Shown: in pieces, positions 37,998 through 44,890 of the stretch
Position numbering within the stretch: the stretch's first letter is position 1
How the letters are laid out: each line of letters opens with the position of its first letter
IMG/VR virus record: IMGVR_UViG_3300044641_007115
Location: 1 to 64,000 of that record
Reading direction: 5' to 3' (one strand)
Length of the DNA: 64,000 nt
Translations under genes and position numbers: made by a program
The notes under the pieces: model-generated
Database searches by the model: none
What the model was told of the DNA's origin: nothing
What the model saw: only the letters and a program-made list of their open reading frames with translations

Positions 37998-38099
37998 TGG
38001 CGGGGAGAATCGGATTTGAACCAATGATAACCATCACAAAACGGCTGTTGCCAGCAAAAGGCATGCAACGGTGCCTTAACCAAGCTAGGCTATCTCCCC
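37998..38099 (-). tRNA. 102-nt class II tRNA-like gene (G73, Ser-like) with an expanded anticodon arm; identity unresolved
   Basis: GGGGAGA/TCTCCCC acceptor, normal D and T arms, variable stem, CCA; no canonical 7-nt anticodon loop. Confidence 0.65.
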
Positions 38100-38110
38100 A
38101 TCAGGCTTAA

Positions 38111-38160
38111 TGTCTCATATCGTAGACAATAACCGGGGTTACTGTACAAGATATGAGACA
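38111..38160. other. 50-nt intergenic hairpin
   Basis: tgtctcatatc/gatatgagaca perfect 11-bp arms, inner taacc/ggtta. Confidence 0.75.
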
Positions 38161-38167
38161 TCAAACT

Positions 38168-38245
38168 TGGCGGTCCTGACGGGATTCGAACCCGTGATCT
38201 TCACCGTGACAGGGTGACGGGGACGGCCAACTCCCCTACAAGACC
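38168..38245 (-). tRNA. tRNA-Asp(GUC)
   Basis: GGTCTTG/CAGGACC, CT-GTC-AC loop, GGTTCGAATCC, G73-CCA. Confidence 0.92.
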
Positions 38246-38246
38246 G

Positions 38247-38320
38247 TGGCGGGGCATACGGGAATCGAACCCGTGGTACACCATAGACAGTGGTGCCGTT
38301 TGCCACTAACGAAATGCCCC
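38247..38320 (-). tRNA. tRNA-Asp(GUC), second unrelated copy
   Basis: GGGGCAT/ATGCCCC, CT-GTC-TA loop, GGTTCGATTCC, G73-CCA. Confidence 0.88.
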
Positions 38321-38343
38321 AAAACTTGCGGAAGGAATGCACA

Positions 38344-38457
38344 CTGGCCGGTGTCGCTCCGACTAACCGTGGGAAGCATCGACTTTACAGTCGCCCCACA
38401 ACAACCGACTTTGGAGGAAGGTGCTCTTTCTTAAGCTAGAAAGTCGGCACCGGCCAG
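38344..38457 (-). ncRNA. 114-nt structured RNA with a tRNA-Trp-like core
   Basis: 10-bp terminal helix CTGGCCGGTG/CACCGGCCAG; internal TAGCTT..AGAGCA, CT-CCA-AA, GTGGG/CCCAC; CGACT-GTAA-AGTCG hairpin. Confidence 0.55.
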
Positions 38458-38488
38458 CGAAATTTCGGACAAGCAAAGAAAGTACAGA

Positions 38489-38564
38489 TCGACTAAGAAT
38501 TGGACTCGAACCAACTTCTCCGGGCGTGCGGCCCGGCGCTTTAACCATGTTAAGCTACATCTCC
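38489..38564 (-). pseudogene. Degenerate tRNA (loop CC-GCA-CG)
   Basis: Good D, anticodon and T arms, but 3' acceptor strand does not pair and no CCA. Confidence 0.6.
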
Positions 38565-38617
38565 GAATGGTGGGGACAGATAACCAATCTGAGGCGGCTT
38601 GTCCTGAAAACTATTAT

Positions 38618-38842
38618 GACACGAAGCAAAGCCGTTCAAAGCAAGAACCAACTATCAGAAGCATCAAAGTGCCTGTCAAATGTCACCGTACAGGTCTGAC
38701 GGTCACCCGGTTGCCCGGTAGCGAAGCATTCCCCATAACACGGGGAAGACCGAACTAGTAAGCCCGGCCATCTGTTTGTAACCAGATAATCTTCCGACTT
38801 CGGCTTAGAACGGCTCTGCCGGAAGTACTTATACTTCGTATC
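38618..38842 (-). ncRNA. ~225-nt highly structured RNA of unknown class
   Basis: 12-bp closing helix GCAGAGCCGTTC/GAACGGCTTTGC; four inner hairpins including CCGG-GCAA-CCGG and TTCCCC/GGGGAA. Confidence 0.6.
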
Positions 38843-38851
38843 GTGGAATCT

Positions 38852-38931
38852 TGGTGGAACACGTGGGAATTGAACCCACCTGAATATCCTCATTGCGAAT
38901 GAGGCGACCACCCCATGCAGTCCCGTGCCCC
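38852..38931 (-). tRNA. tRNA-Ala(CGC)
   Basis: GGGGCAC/GTGTTCC with G3:U70, TT-CGC-AA loop, CCA. Confidence 0.85.
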
Positions 38932-38961
38932 GTTTTGGTAAACCGAGATTCCTTCCGCAAA

Positions 38962-38981
38962 CTATTCACTTGTCAAAGAAC
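38962..38981 (-). promoter_or_regulatory. rrn-type boxA-like antitermination motif
   Basis: GTTCTTTGACAAGTGAATAG in spacer between tRNA genes. Confidence 0.5.
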
Positions 38982-39024
38982 ACTTGTGATCGTACAACAC
39001 AGAAAACTTGTGATCGTCCGATCT

Positions 39025-39104
39025 TGGTGGAACACGTGGGAATCGAACCCACCTGAATATCTTCGATGCCATCGAAGCGGCCACCCCATGCAGCCCCGTG
39101 CCCC
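39025..39104 (-). tRNA. tRNA-Ala(GGC)
   Basis: Near-identical to Ala(CGC) except anticodon arm; G3:U70; CCA. Confidence 0.85.
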
Positions 39105-39113
39105 ATTTGAATT

Positions 39114-39190
39114 TGGTGGACCGTGCCGGGATCGAACCGGCTACCTTCCGCTTGCAAGGCGGATGCTCTCCCAAAATGAGCTAACGGCCC
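39114..39190 (-). tRNA. tRNA-Ala(UGC)
   Basis: GGGCCGT/ACGGTCC G3:U70, CT-TGC-AA loop, canonical arms, CCA. Confidence 0.95.
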
Positions 39191-39239
39191 AAATGGACAA
39201 AACCTAAAATGACTTGAGGGGAGAAAGTCTGTGGGCGGC

Positions 39240-39362
39240 TTAAGCCGCTGCTGCCGTAGCAGCGATGGTATCGATCACAATATCGATGCCACCGGCAAAC
39301 GCAGTCGCGCGCACAGACATCGTAGTGGCTGTGTGCGTTCGAGTTGTGAAGGTTGCCTTCAT
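39240..39362 (-). CDS. 40-aa Ala/Thr-rich leader peptide upstream of the tRNA operon (not in ORF track)
   Basis: MKATFTTRTHTATTMSVRATAFAGGIDIVIDTIAATAAAA*; GAGG 10 nt before ATG; hairpin GCGGC-TTAA-GCCGC over the stop. Confidence 0.55.
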   Translation of the reverse strand: MKATFTTRTHTATTMSVRATAFAGGIDIVIDTIAATAAAA

Positions 39363-39381
39363 TGGTGCGTTGCCTCATCTC

Positions 39382-39411
39382 TATTTATACATACCGCCGG
39401 GCGGATGTCAA
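39382..39411 (-). promoter_or_regulatory. tRNA operon promoter: TTGACA -35 with TATAAA -10 overlapping a T4 late TATAAATA
   Basis: ttgacatccgcccggcggtatgtataaata on the - strand. Confidence 0.7.
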
Positions 39412-39731
39412 CATTTTTCGAAAGAAAAATCGGAAATTTTCAATCCCCACCGGATCGGGAACTCTTGATGCATCATGTCTCTCAGGTTGTTCCCAAAAAC
39501 TTCCTTGGTGGCTTTCCGCGCGGTTTCGATGTCCGCGCCTTGTGCAACATGCATGTCGCGCATCTTGACGGACCAGAAATCCAATGTGCGCTGAATGATT
39601 CCGATAGCCTGTTCCCGGCTGGTGCAAAGGGATTCTTCTTCTTGCTCCCACGACATCGATTCACCGGTCACGGCATCCGTGTGGAACCATTTTTGGGATG
39701 CAACAACTTGCGCGGCGTCTCTGATAGTCAT
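39408..39731 (-). CDS. Hypothetical protein
   Basis: Protein-like ORF after the SprT gene. Confidence 0.5.
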   Translation of the reverse strand: MTIRDAAQVVASQKWFHTDAVTGESMSWEQEEESLCTSREQAIGIIQRTLDFWSVKMRDMHVAQGADIETARKATKEVFGNNLRDMMHQEFPIRWGLKISDFSFEKC

Positions 39732-39743
39732 GCGACCATGCTA

Positions 39744-40649
39744 TCACGATCCGATGACTTTGGAATTCCACTTTCCGAAATCCCGGCCACCGATAGTCGG
39801 AGCGGGTTTGTTCGGGTTGAAGAAGTCGTCCTTGGCCTTCTGATCGACGGCTCTTTCATCGGTCGTGTTCATCGTCCACAACTGAACAGCACTCTTCCGA
39901 TCCGTCAACAGCATGTCTTTCGTCTTGTCACTTACGCCGTAACGGGTCGCCGGTAATGTCCGGCTGAGTGTAATCCGGGTTGCCAGTTTCGATACCGGGA
40001 CGAAAAACGCGGTGATCTCCATGTCGTACTTGATCCAAAGATGACGCAAGGTCGCTTTGAGTTCATTGGCCTTGGCTTTCCATGTCGGCATCAGAACAGA
40101 GTATTGCATGTCGCTCCGGTTGGTATCGATATAGGTCACCAATACACATGGCTTGCCGGTCACATGTTGCATTTCTTCCGGGCTAATCGTGTCCGACACC
40201 GGCACCGGACGACCGAACTCTTTGGATACAGAATGTACTTTCGTCAAGAAGCGTGATCCGTGGTTCTCGAACCAATACCCCTGTGTGATGAGGTACGCAT
40301 GGACCATTTCATGCAGAAGAATGCCGTCCCACTTCCATTCCGGTCGCACCGGCACAGCCGTGCTCATGGTGATCTTCAGGTCATAGACTTCGCCGTTCAT
40401 CTTCGTGTACGCGGCCAGCGAACCAGACGGTTTTCGTTCGCCCGGTGCTAGTTTGAATTTGCCAGTCGTTGTACCAGATACCGCCTTGCCAGTCTTTCCC
40501 CACACCACCGGCATATTGTTCGGGATCGCGCTATCGAAGAACAGCTTGTTGAACAATTGGAACTTCTTCACCAACGGATAGTCTTTGAATGGCAAGACTT
40601 CATCGCTAGTGTGTCCTTCCCGGATGAAATGTCGATATGTCTTGAACAC
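39744..40649 (-). CDS. SprT-like zinc metalloprotease with capsid-targeting-like N-terminus
   Basis: ILLHEMVHAY...HG..F; LFN..FF...P; start MFKTYRHFIRE. Confidence 0.8.
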   Translation of the reverse strand: MFKTYRHFIREGHTSDEVLPFKDYPLVKKFQLFNKLFFDSAIPNNMPVVWGKTGKAVSGTTTGKFKLAPGERKPSGSLAAYTKMNGEVYDLKITMSTAVPVRPEWKWDGILLHEMVHAYLITQGYWFENHGSRFLTKVHSVSKEFGRPVPVSDTISPEEMQHVTGKPCVLVTYIDTNRSDMQYSVLMPTWKAKANELKATLRHLWIKYDMEITAFFVPVSKLATRITLSRTLPATRYGVSDKTKDMLLTDRKSAVQLWTMNTTDERAVDQKAKDDFFNPNKPAPTIGGRDFGKWNSKVIGS

Positions 40650-40725
40650 TCAGATATTTAGGATGACACAGAAAATTTGAGTGCAATCGGTTTCCATCGG
40701 TTTCATCGGGTTCTAAATACATGTC

Positions 40726-41124
40726 ATGCCAGCAGGAAAAACCAATTCGTATAGCGATTCCGTCCTCAATCTTCTACGCGGATCAAATGTCACCGCGTTT
40801 TCTCCCTACGTGGGACTGATGTCGGTCGCTCCAACCGACGACAATTCGACAGGAACCGAACTGAGTGGAAGCGGCTACAGTCGGCAAAGTATCACTTTCG
40901 GCGCTCCTGCCGATGAAGGAACCGGCGGACGCAAAGTCTCAAACACGAACGTGATTCGTTTTGGCCCGGCTTCTGCCAATTGGAGTGCAGCGGTTGCTTT
41001 CGGCATCTATGATGCGGCGTCCAGCGGCAATCTTCGATATTGGGGAACCATGACTACTGTCACCGTGGTGTCGAGTTCATCCCTTGAAATCGCTATTGGA
41101 GACTTGTCAGTCGTCGAAGACTAA
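40726..41124 (+). CDS. Small virion structural protein (paralog of 6906/7305)
   Basis: PYVGL....PTD...GTELSG.GY.RQ...F...GIYDAA..GNL. Confidence 0.7.
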   Translation: MPAGKTNSYSDSVLNLLRGSNVTAFSPYVGLMSVAPTDDNSTGTELSGSGYSRQSITFGAPADEGTGGRKVSNTNVIRFGPASANWSAAVAFGIYDAASSGNLRYWGTMTTVTVVSSSSLEIAIGDLSVVED

Positions 41125-41145
41125 CGAAGCAAGGAGCGCAAAAGA

Positions 41146-41556
41146 ATGAGTAAAGCAAATACCTTAGAGAATGATGTACTCCGAAAAGTTTTCAACAATG
41201 TCGAACCCGCGTGGGATGGGGTCGGAAACCTTTTCGTGAGTTTGCATACCGGCGATCCCGGCGATGCTGGCAATCAAACGACGAATGAAGCCAACTACAC
41301 CAGTTATGCGCGGGTGTCAGTTGCAAGAGACAATACCGGTTGGACTGTTGTCGGTGACACATCCAGCAACACAGCAGCTATCAATTTCCCCCAATGCACT
41401 GGTGGATCAAACACCATTACGCATGTTGGTGTTGGAACGGCAAATTCTGGCGCGGGCACTCTTCTTTACAAGGGAGCACTAAATGCTAGCTTGGCGGTTT
41501 CGAATCTTATCACGCCAAGTTTTCCGATCAGTGCTTTGCAAATCATCGAGGACTAA
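41146..41556 (+). CDS. Small virion structural protein (paralog)
   Basis: LEND.L; LHT.DPGDAG.Q.TNE..Y..YARV; FPQCTGG..TITH.G.G. Confidence 0.7.
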   Translation: MSKANTLENDVLRKVFNNVEPAWDGVGNLFVSLHTGDPGDAGNQTTNEANYTSYARVSVARDNTGWTVVGDTSSNTAAINFPQCTGGSNTITHVGVGTANSGAGTLLYKGALNASLAVSNLITPSFPISALQIIED

Positions 41557-41559
41557 TTC

Positions 41560-42420
41560 ATGTCGTTCACTTCTATCGACAACGTTGTCAATGCAATCAG
41601 TACCAATGGCACTTTCATCAGACTGCCGTTTTACAAGATCACCGGCGCTGGTGCTTATACTGCCAGCCGTGGATATTCTTTCTTTCAGTTAGCCGGTCAA
41701 CCGGCGGCTGGTTCGTATTCAGGAACCGCGTTGACATCTGTACAGATGACAAGCGCGACCCAAGGCGCACTTCCTTTGAATGCCGCCGTCGCTCCTGCTA
41801 CCCGACATTTGCTGAATTGGGGAACAGTAACCGGTGTCGCAACAGGTGTACCATCCACATTGATGTTGGTGGACTTTCTGTTATACTACCCGACTGTCAA
41901 CGCCAACACCACTTCACCGAATACACTTACGAACAGCGCATCTTTGCCCCGGTATACGACCGGTGATGGTGTCATGATGATGTTGGAAGTGACCGCTGCA
42001 TTGGGAGCGACAGCATCCAACGTAACAGTGTCCTACACAAATCAAGCTGGCACCGCCTCAAGAACAACTCCAGCGACCGCGATGACGGTTTCACAGATTA
42101 TTAGTGGCATCGGACATACGGGTGTTGCTCCATTACACCTTCCTCTTCAGGGGACGGATTCCGGGGTACGCTCCATCCAAACCATCACTTTCAGCGCCGC
42201 TATGGGCGCGGGTTCGGCTGTTTCGGCTGTGTTGTATCGTCCACTAGCAACGATACCACTCACTACAATCGGTGTGATGACAGAGCGTGATTTCCTCTAT
42301 CAATTGCCATCATTGCCCAAGATCGAAGATGGTGCTTGCCTTGGATTCCTGTATTTCACCGGTGCCGCTACCGTTGCATCTACGCCCTTTACCGGGTATC
42401 TCGATTACGCTTGGAACTAA
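41560..42420 (+). CDS. Virion structural protein
   Basis: L.D.L..Y; LPRY..G.GV; YTNQAG...RT; LPLQ..D.GV.SI; LP.I.DGACL pattern of phage appendage proteins. Confidence 0.6.
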   Translation: MSFTSIDNVVNAISTNGTFIRLPFYKITGAGAYTASRGYSFFQLAGQPAAGSYSGTALTSVQMTSATQGALPLNAAVAPATRHLLNWGTVTGVATGVPSTLMLVDFLLYYPTVNANTTSPNTLTNSASLPRYTTGDGVMMMLEVTAALGATASNVTVSYTNQAGTASRTTPATAMTVSQIISGIGHTGVAPLHLPLQGTDSGVRSIQTITFSAAMGAGSAVSAVLYRPLATIPLTTIGVMTERDFLYQLPSLPKIEDGACLGFLYFTGAATVASTPFTGYLDYAWN

Positions 42421-42425
42421 TCTGA

Positions 42426-43058
42426 ATGCTTCGACCTAACGGCCAGTTTTTCGCATCTTTTCCGATCCGCTTCACCGGCGGATCGGAATCTATTCTGCGT
42501 TCATCGTGGACCAAAAACGAACAACTGATCGCCGGTTTCAATGGCTCACCTAACTCCATTCCAGTTGGAAGAAGGGCAACAGCATTTGCATTAGCTCGAT
42601 CCGAAGGCGGCGTTTCTTGCTCTGTTCGAGGCATAGCATCGCTAGTCAGCGATTTGGGCGGAACTGGAGATGTTTCTGTTCAGATCAATGGCACCGCAAC
42701 CGTTACGAATGCGGCCTTGACCGGGTTTCGTTTTGGTGAAGCGACCATCACCGGCACCGCCACTATCGCCAATGCACCATTATCGGGAGCGGCGAACGTT
42801 GGTGCTAACATTCGAATTGGTTTCAACCCAAGCGCGGAAGATATTACTGGCAATCTTCTTGATGCGCAATTTGTCGAAACCGGTGTGTCTGTTCGACAAG
42901 CTCTTCGTTTGATTACCGCTATTTTGGCCGGAAAAGTCTCCGGGGCGGAAGGAACCACGGTCACTTTCCGAAATGTTGGCGACGACAAGAATCGAGTGGT
43001 CGCCACTGTCGATAGCAACGGAAATCGTACCACGATCACTTACGACCTCACCACCTAA
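42426..43058 (+). CDS. Virion structural protein
   Basis: C-terminal RQALRLI.A.LAGKVSG.....TFR...D.K.RV.ATVD.NGNRT. Confidence 0.6.
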   Translation: MLRPNGQFFASFPIRFTGGSESILRSSWTKNEQLIAGFNGSPNSIPVGRRATAFALARSEGGVSCSVRGIASLVSDLGGTGDVSVQINGTATVTNAALTGFRFGEATITGTATIANAPLSGAANVGANIRIGFNPSAEDITGNLLDAQFVETGVSVRQALRLITAILAGKVSGAEGTTVTFRNVGDDKNRVVATVDSNGNRTTITYDLTT

Positions 43059-44399
43059 ATGCCATATTTTGACCGGCAAGTATTCAACAAATACTTCACC
43101 CCGTACATCGTTCCACAAGAGGGGACGGGTAGTGCTGTTTTACTAAGAACCTTCAGCCGGTCACAAGCTCAAGTACAAGCAAGCCAAATTTACCGCCGGA
43201 ATTTGCAAAGTCTTTCGACTTCTCAGCTTCAAACGACACCGGTCTTGCTACAGTTTTCAGACGGGATTACTTCGGCGGATAGCGCGGCCACGATCACCCA
43301 AGCTGGTATCTATTTTTCCCGGCAAACCCGAACAAGTAGTAGCAGTCAGATCAAAATCGACAATCGATCTGTCCTGTTCAATCGGGCCATCACTTCAATC
43401 AGCAAAGGAACTCTATCGGTCAGCACCACCGCGACCTATTTCCGGGTGCTCAAGTCAGATGCACGCGGTAGTGTTACCATTTCAGCATCTTCAATCGACA
43501 GTCGTATTCTGACAGCGATTGGCAATTCGGCTGTCTCTTCAACGTTTCGCATCATCTGGTTCGCCAGCCTTCAAACACAAAGCCAATCGGTCGCCACCCT
43601 CACCGCATCGTTACGATTCTTCTTTGAAGCTATTGGAAATTCCAGTACCGCCATCAATGCCGCTCAGTTGTTTTTCAACCGACAACCACGGGCGACAGGT
43701 GCCGGTCAGACCACCATCACGGCAAGTTTGATCCAGTATCGCTCCGCGTCTTTCCTTGGAAAATCTGAGACACGATTGACACCTTTGGTGTTGATCCCGA
43801 CCGATATGGTTTCATTCGCGGATAGTCAAACTGATCTTGTCGCCAATCTGGTCATGCTACGGACGGCAACATCACAAGGTCGCAGCGAAGTCAAAACAAA
43901 CACCGTTCTGGTTCGTCCACTGAGCCTGAACACTAGTGGTCAGAGCCAAACACAGTTGTTGGCTACCGGCCTATACTTTGCCGATGTCTCTTCAAACGGA
44001 TCTTCCCGATTGACAGGGACGACCATGCTCGTTTTCCAAGCTGTTCCAAAAACAACTGGCGGATCAAGCACGTCAGTCTTTGGGAAAATCATTTGGAACG
44101 CCAATGTACAGACATCAGGTGCATCGAATATCGAATTGGGGTATACCTACATCTTTGAAAGAACAGCACAGGCTGTCAGTCGGAGTATTGCTCAATCGAA
44201 CTTCTACACCGTGGCAAACACCACGCTAAAGAGTCAAGCAAACAGCAACACATTTGCCGATTCTACCGTCATGCTGCCTAGCGGCCAGATGGTCAGCCGG
44301 GGACGTAGTGCGATGAAGAGAGAGTCCAATAACGTGATTTTCTTGGGCAACATCAACAACTCTTCGGTCCACATCGGAAACAAGATCGCCATCAGCTAA
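43059..44399 (+). CDS. Ser/Thr-rich repetitive beta-structured virion protein
   Basis: Low-complexity ~20-aa beta repeats. Confidence 0.55.
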   Translation: MPYFDRQVFNKYFTPYIVPQEGTGSAVLLRTFSRSQAQVQASQIYRRNLQSLSTSQLQTTPVLLQFSDGITSADSAATITQAGIYFSRQTRTSSSSQIKIDNRSVLFNRAITSISKGTLSVSTTATYFRVLKSDARGSVTISASSIDSRILTAIGNSAVSSTFRIIWFASLQTQSQSVATLTASLRFFFEAIGNSSTAINAAQLFFNRQPRATGAGQTTITASLIQYRSASFLGKSETRLTPLVLIPTDMVSFADSQTDLVANLVMLRTATSQGRSEVKTNTVLVRPLSLNTSGQSQTQLLATGLYFADVSSNGSSRLTGTTMLVFQAVPKTTGGSSTSVFGKIIWNANVQTSGASNIELGYTYIFERTAQAVSRSIAQSNFYTVANTTLKSQANSNTFADSTVMLPSGQMVSRGRSAMKRESNNVIFLGNINNSSVHIGNKIAIS

Positions 44400-44408
44400 A
44401 TACTCGAC

Positions 44409-44678
44409 ATGCCGGACAATTTTGCCGTTTTCAAAACCAATCTTGAGTCGCCCGCGACGAACGCATACTTGGTCGCCCCGAACGACAGTGCCGATCTGCC
44501 TGTCACGACTAGAGCGCTCATGGTCAATGCGGACGGTAGCGTCAAAATGGAATTCGCCAAAGATCCATCTGGATCATTCGTGACGATTGCGCTGAAAGCT
44601 GGTCAAACCTACCCATTCCGTATTCGAAAAATCTATTCGAACGGCACCAACGCAACTGGTATCACAGCACTGTACTAG
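44409..44678 (+). CDS. Head-spike base protein (RcGTA Rcc01079-like)
   Basis: ESPA..A..V.PNDS.DL...TRAL.V...G.V......G..P.R..KI...GT.ATGI.AL. Confidence 0.7.
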   Translation: MPDNFAVFKTNLESPATNAYLVAPNDSADLPVTTRALMVNADGSVKMEFAKDPSGSFVTIALKAGQTYPFRIRKIYSNGTNATGITALY

Positions 44679-44797
44679 TAGTCGGTCACGCGGCGGATCA
44701 TGGCGGCAACCCGGCGGCGCTGATTCACCTTACCAACGTGCATCACAATCGCGGCGATTGCAAGCAAAAACAACAACAACAAACTGTAGTTCATCAT
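44675..44797 (-). CDS. 40-aa single-TM peptide (not in ORF track)
   Basis: MMNYSLLLLFLLAIAAIVMHVGKVNQRRRVAAMIRRVTDY*; ATG 6 nt after a TTGACA-N17-TATACT promoter. Confidence 0.55.
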   Translation of the reverse strand: MMNYSLLLLFLLAIAAIVMHVGKVNQRRRVAAMIRRVTDY

Positions 44798-44863
44798 AGT
44801 TCTAGTATAGAAGTTTTGTACCTATATGTCAATAGGTCCCTGTGGAAAACTTCCAAGAGAAAC

Positions 44864-44890
44864 AAAAACGCCGGACCCGAAGGTCCGGCA
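44864..44890 (-). terminator. tmRNA terminator
   Basis: gccggacc-ttcg-ggtccggc gtttttgttt. Confidence 0.85.

Noticed and set aside
38344-38457. SRP (4.5S) RNA or YrlA Y RNA
   Set aside because: Similar length, but lacks the SRP helix 8 CAGG/GNRA/AGCAG motif and the YrlA TTCGA T-loop
38618-38842. RNase P RNA or group I intron
   Set aside because: ACAGATGGCCGGGCTTAC only loosely resembles the RNase P 3' motif and GAAAGTC is absent; no convincing P7 elements or flanking tRNA halves
39181-39378. 65-aa ORF MRQRTNEG...
   Set aside because: Runs into tRNA-Ala(UGC); the 40-aa frame has an SD-like motif and a clean stop. Not fully excluded, since its ATG is 3 nt after TATAAATA
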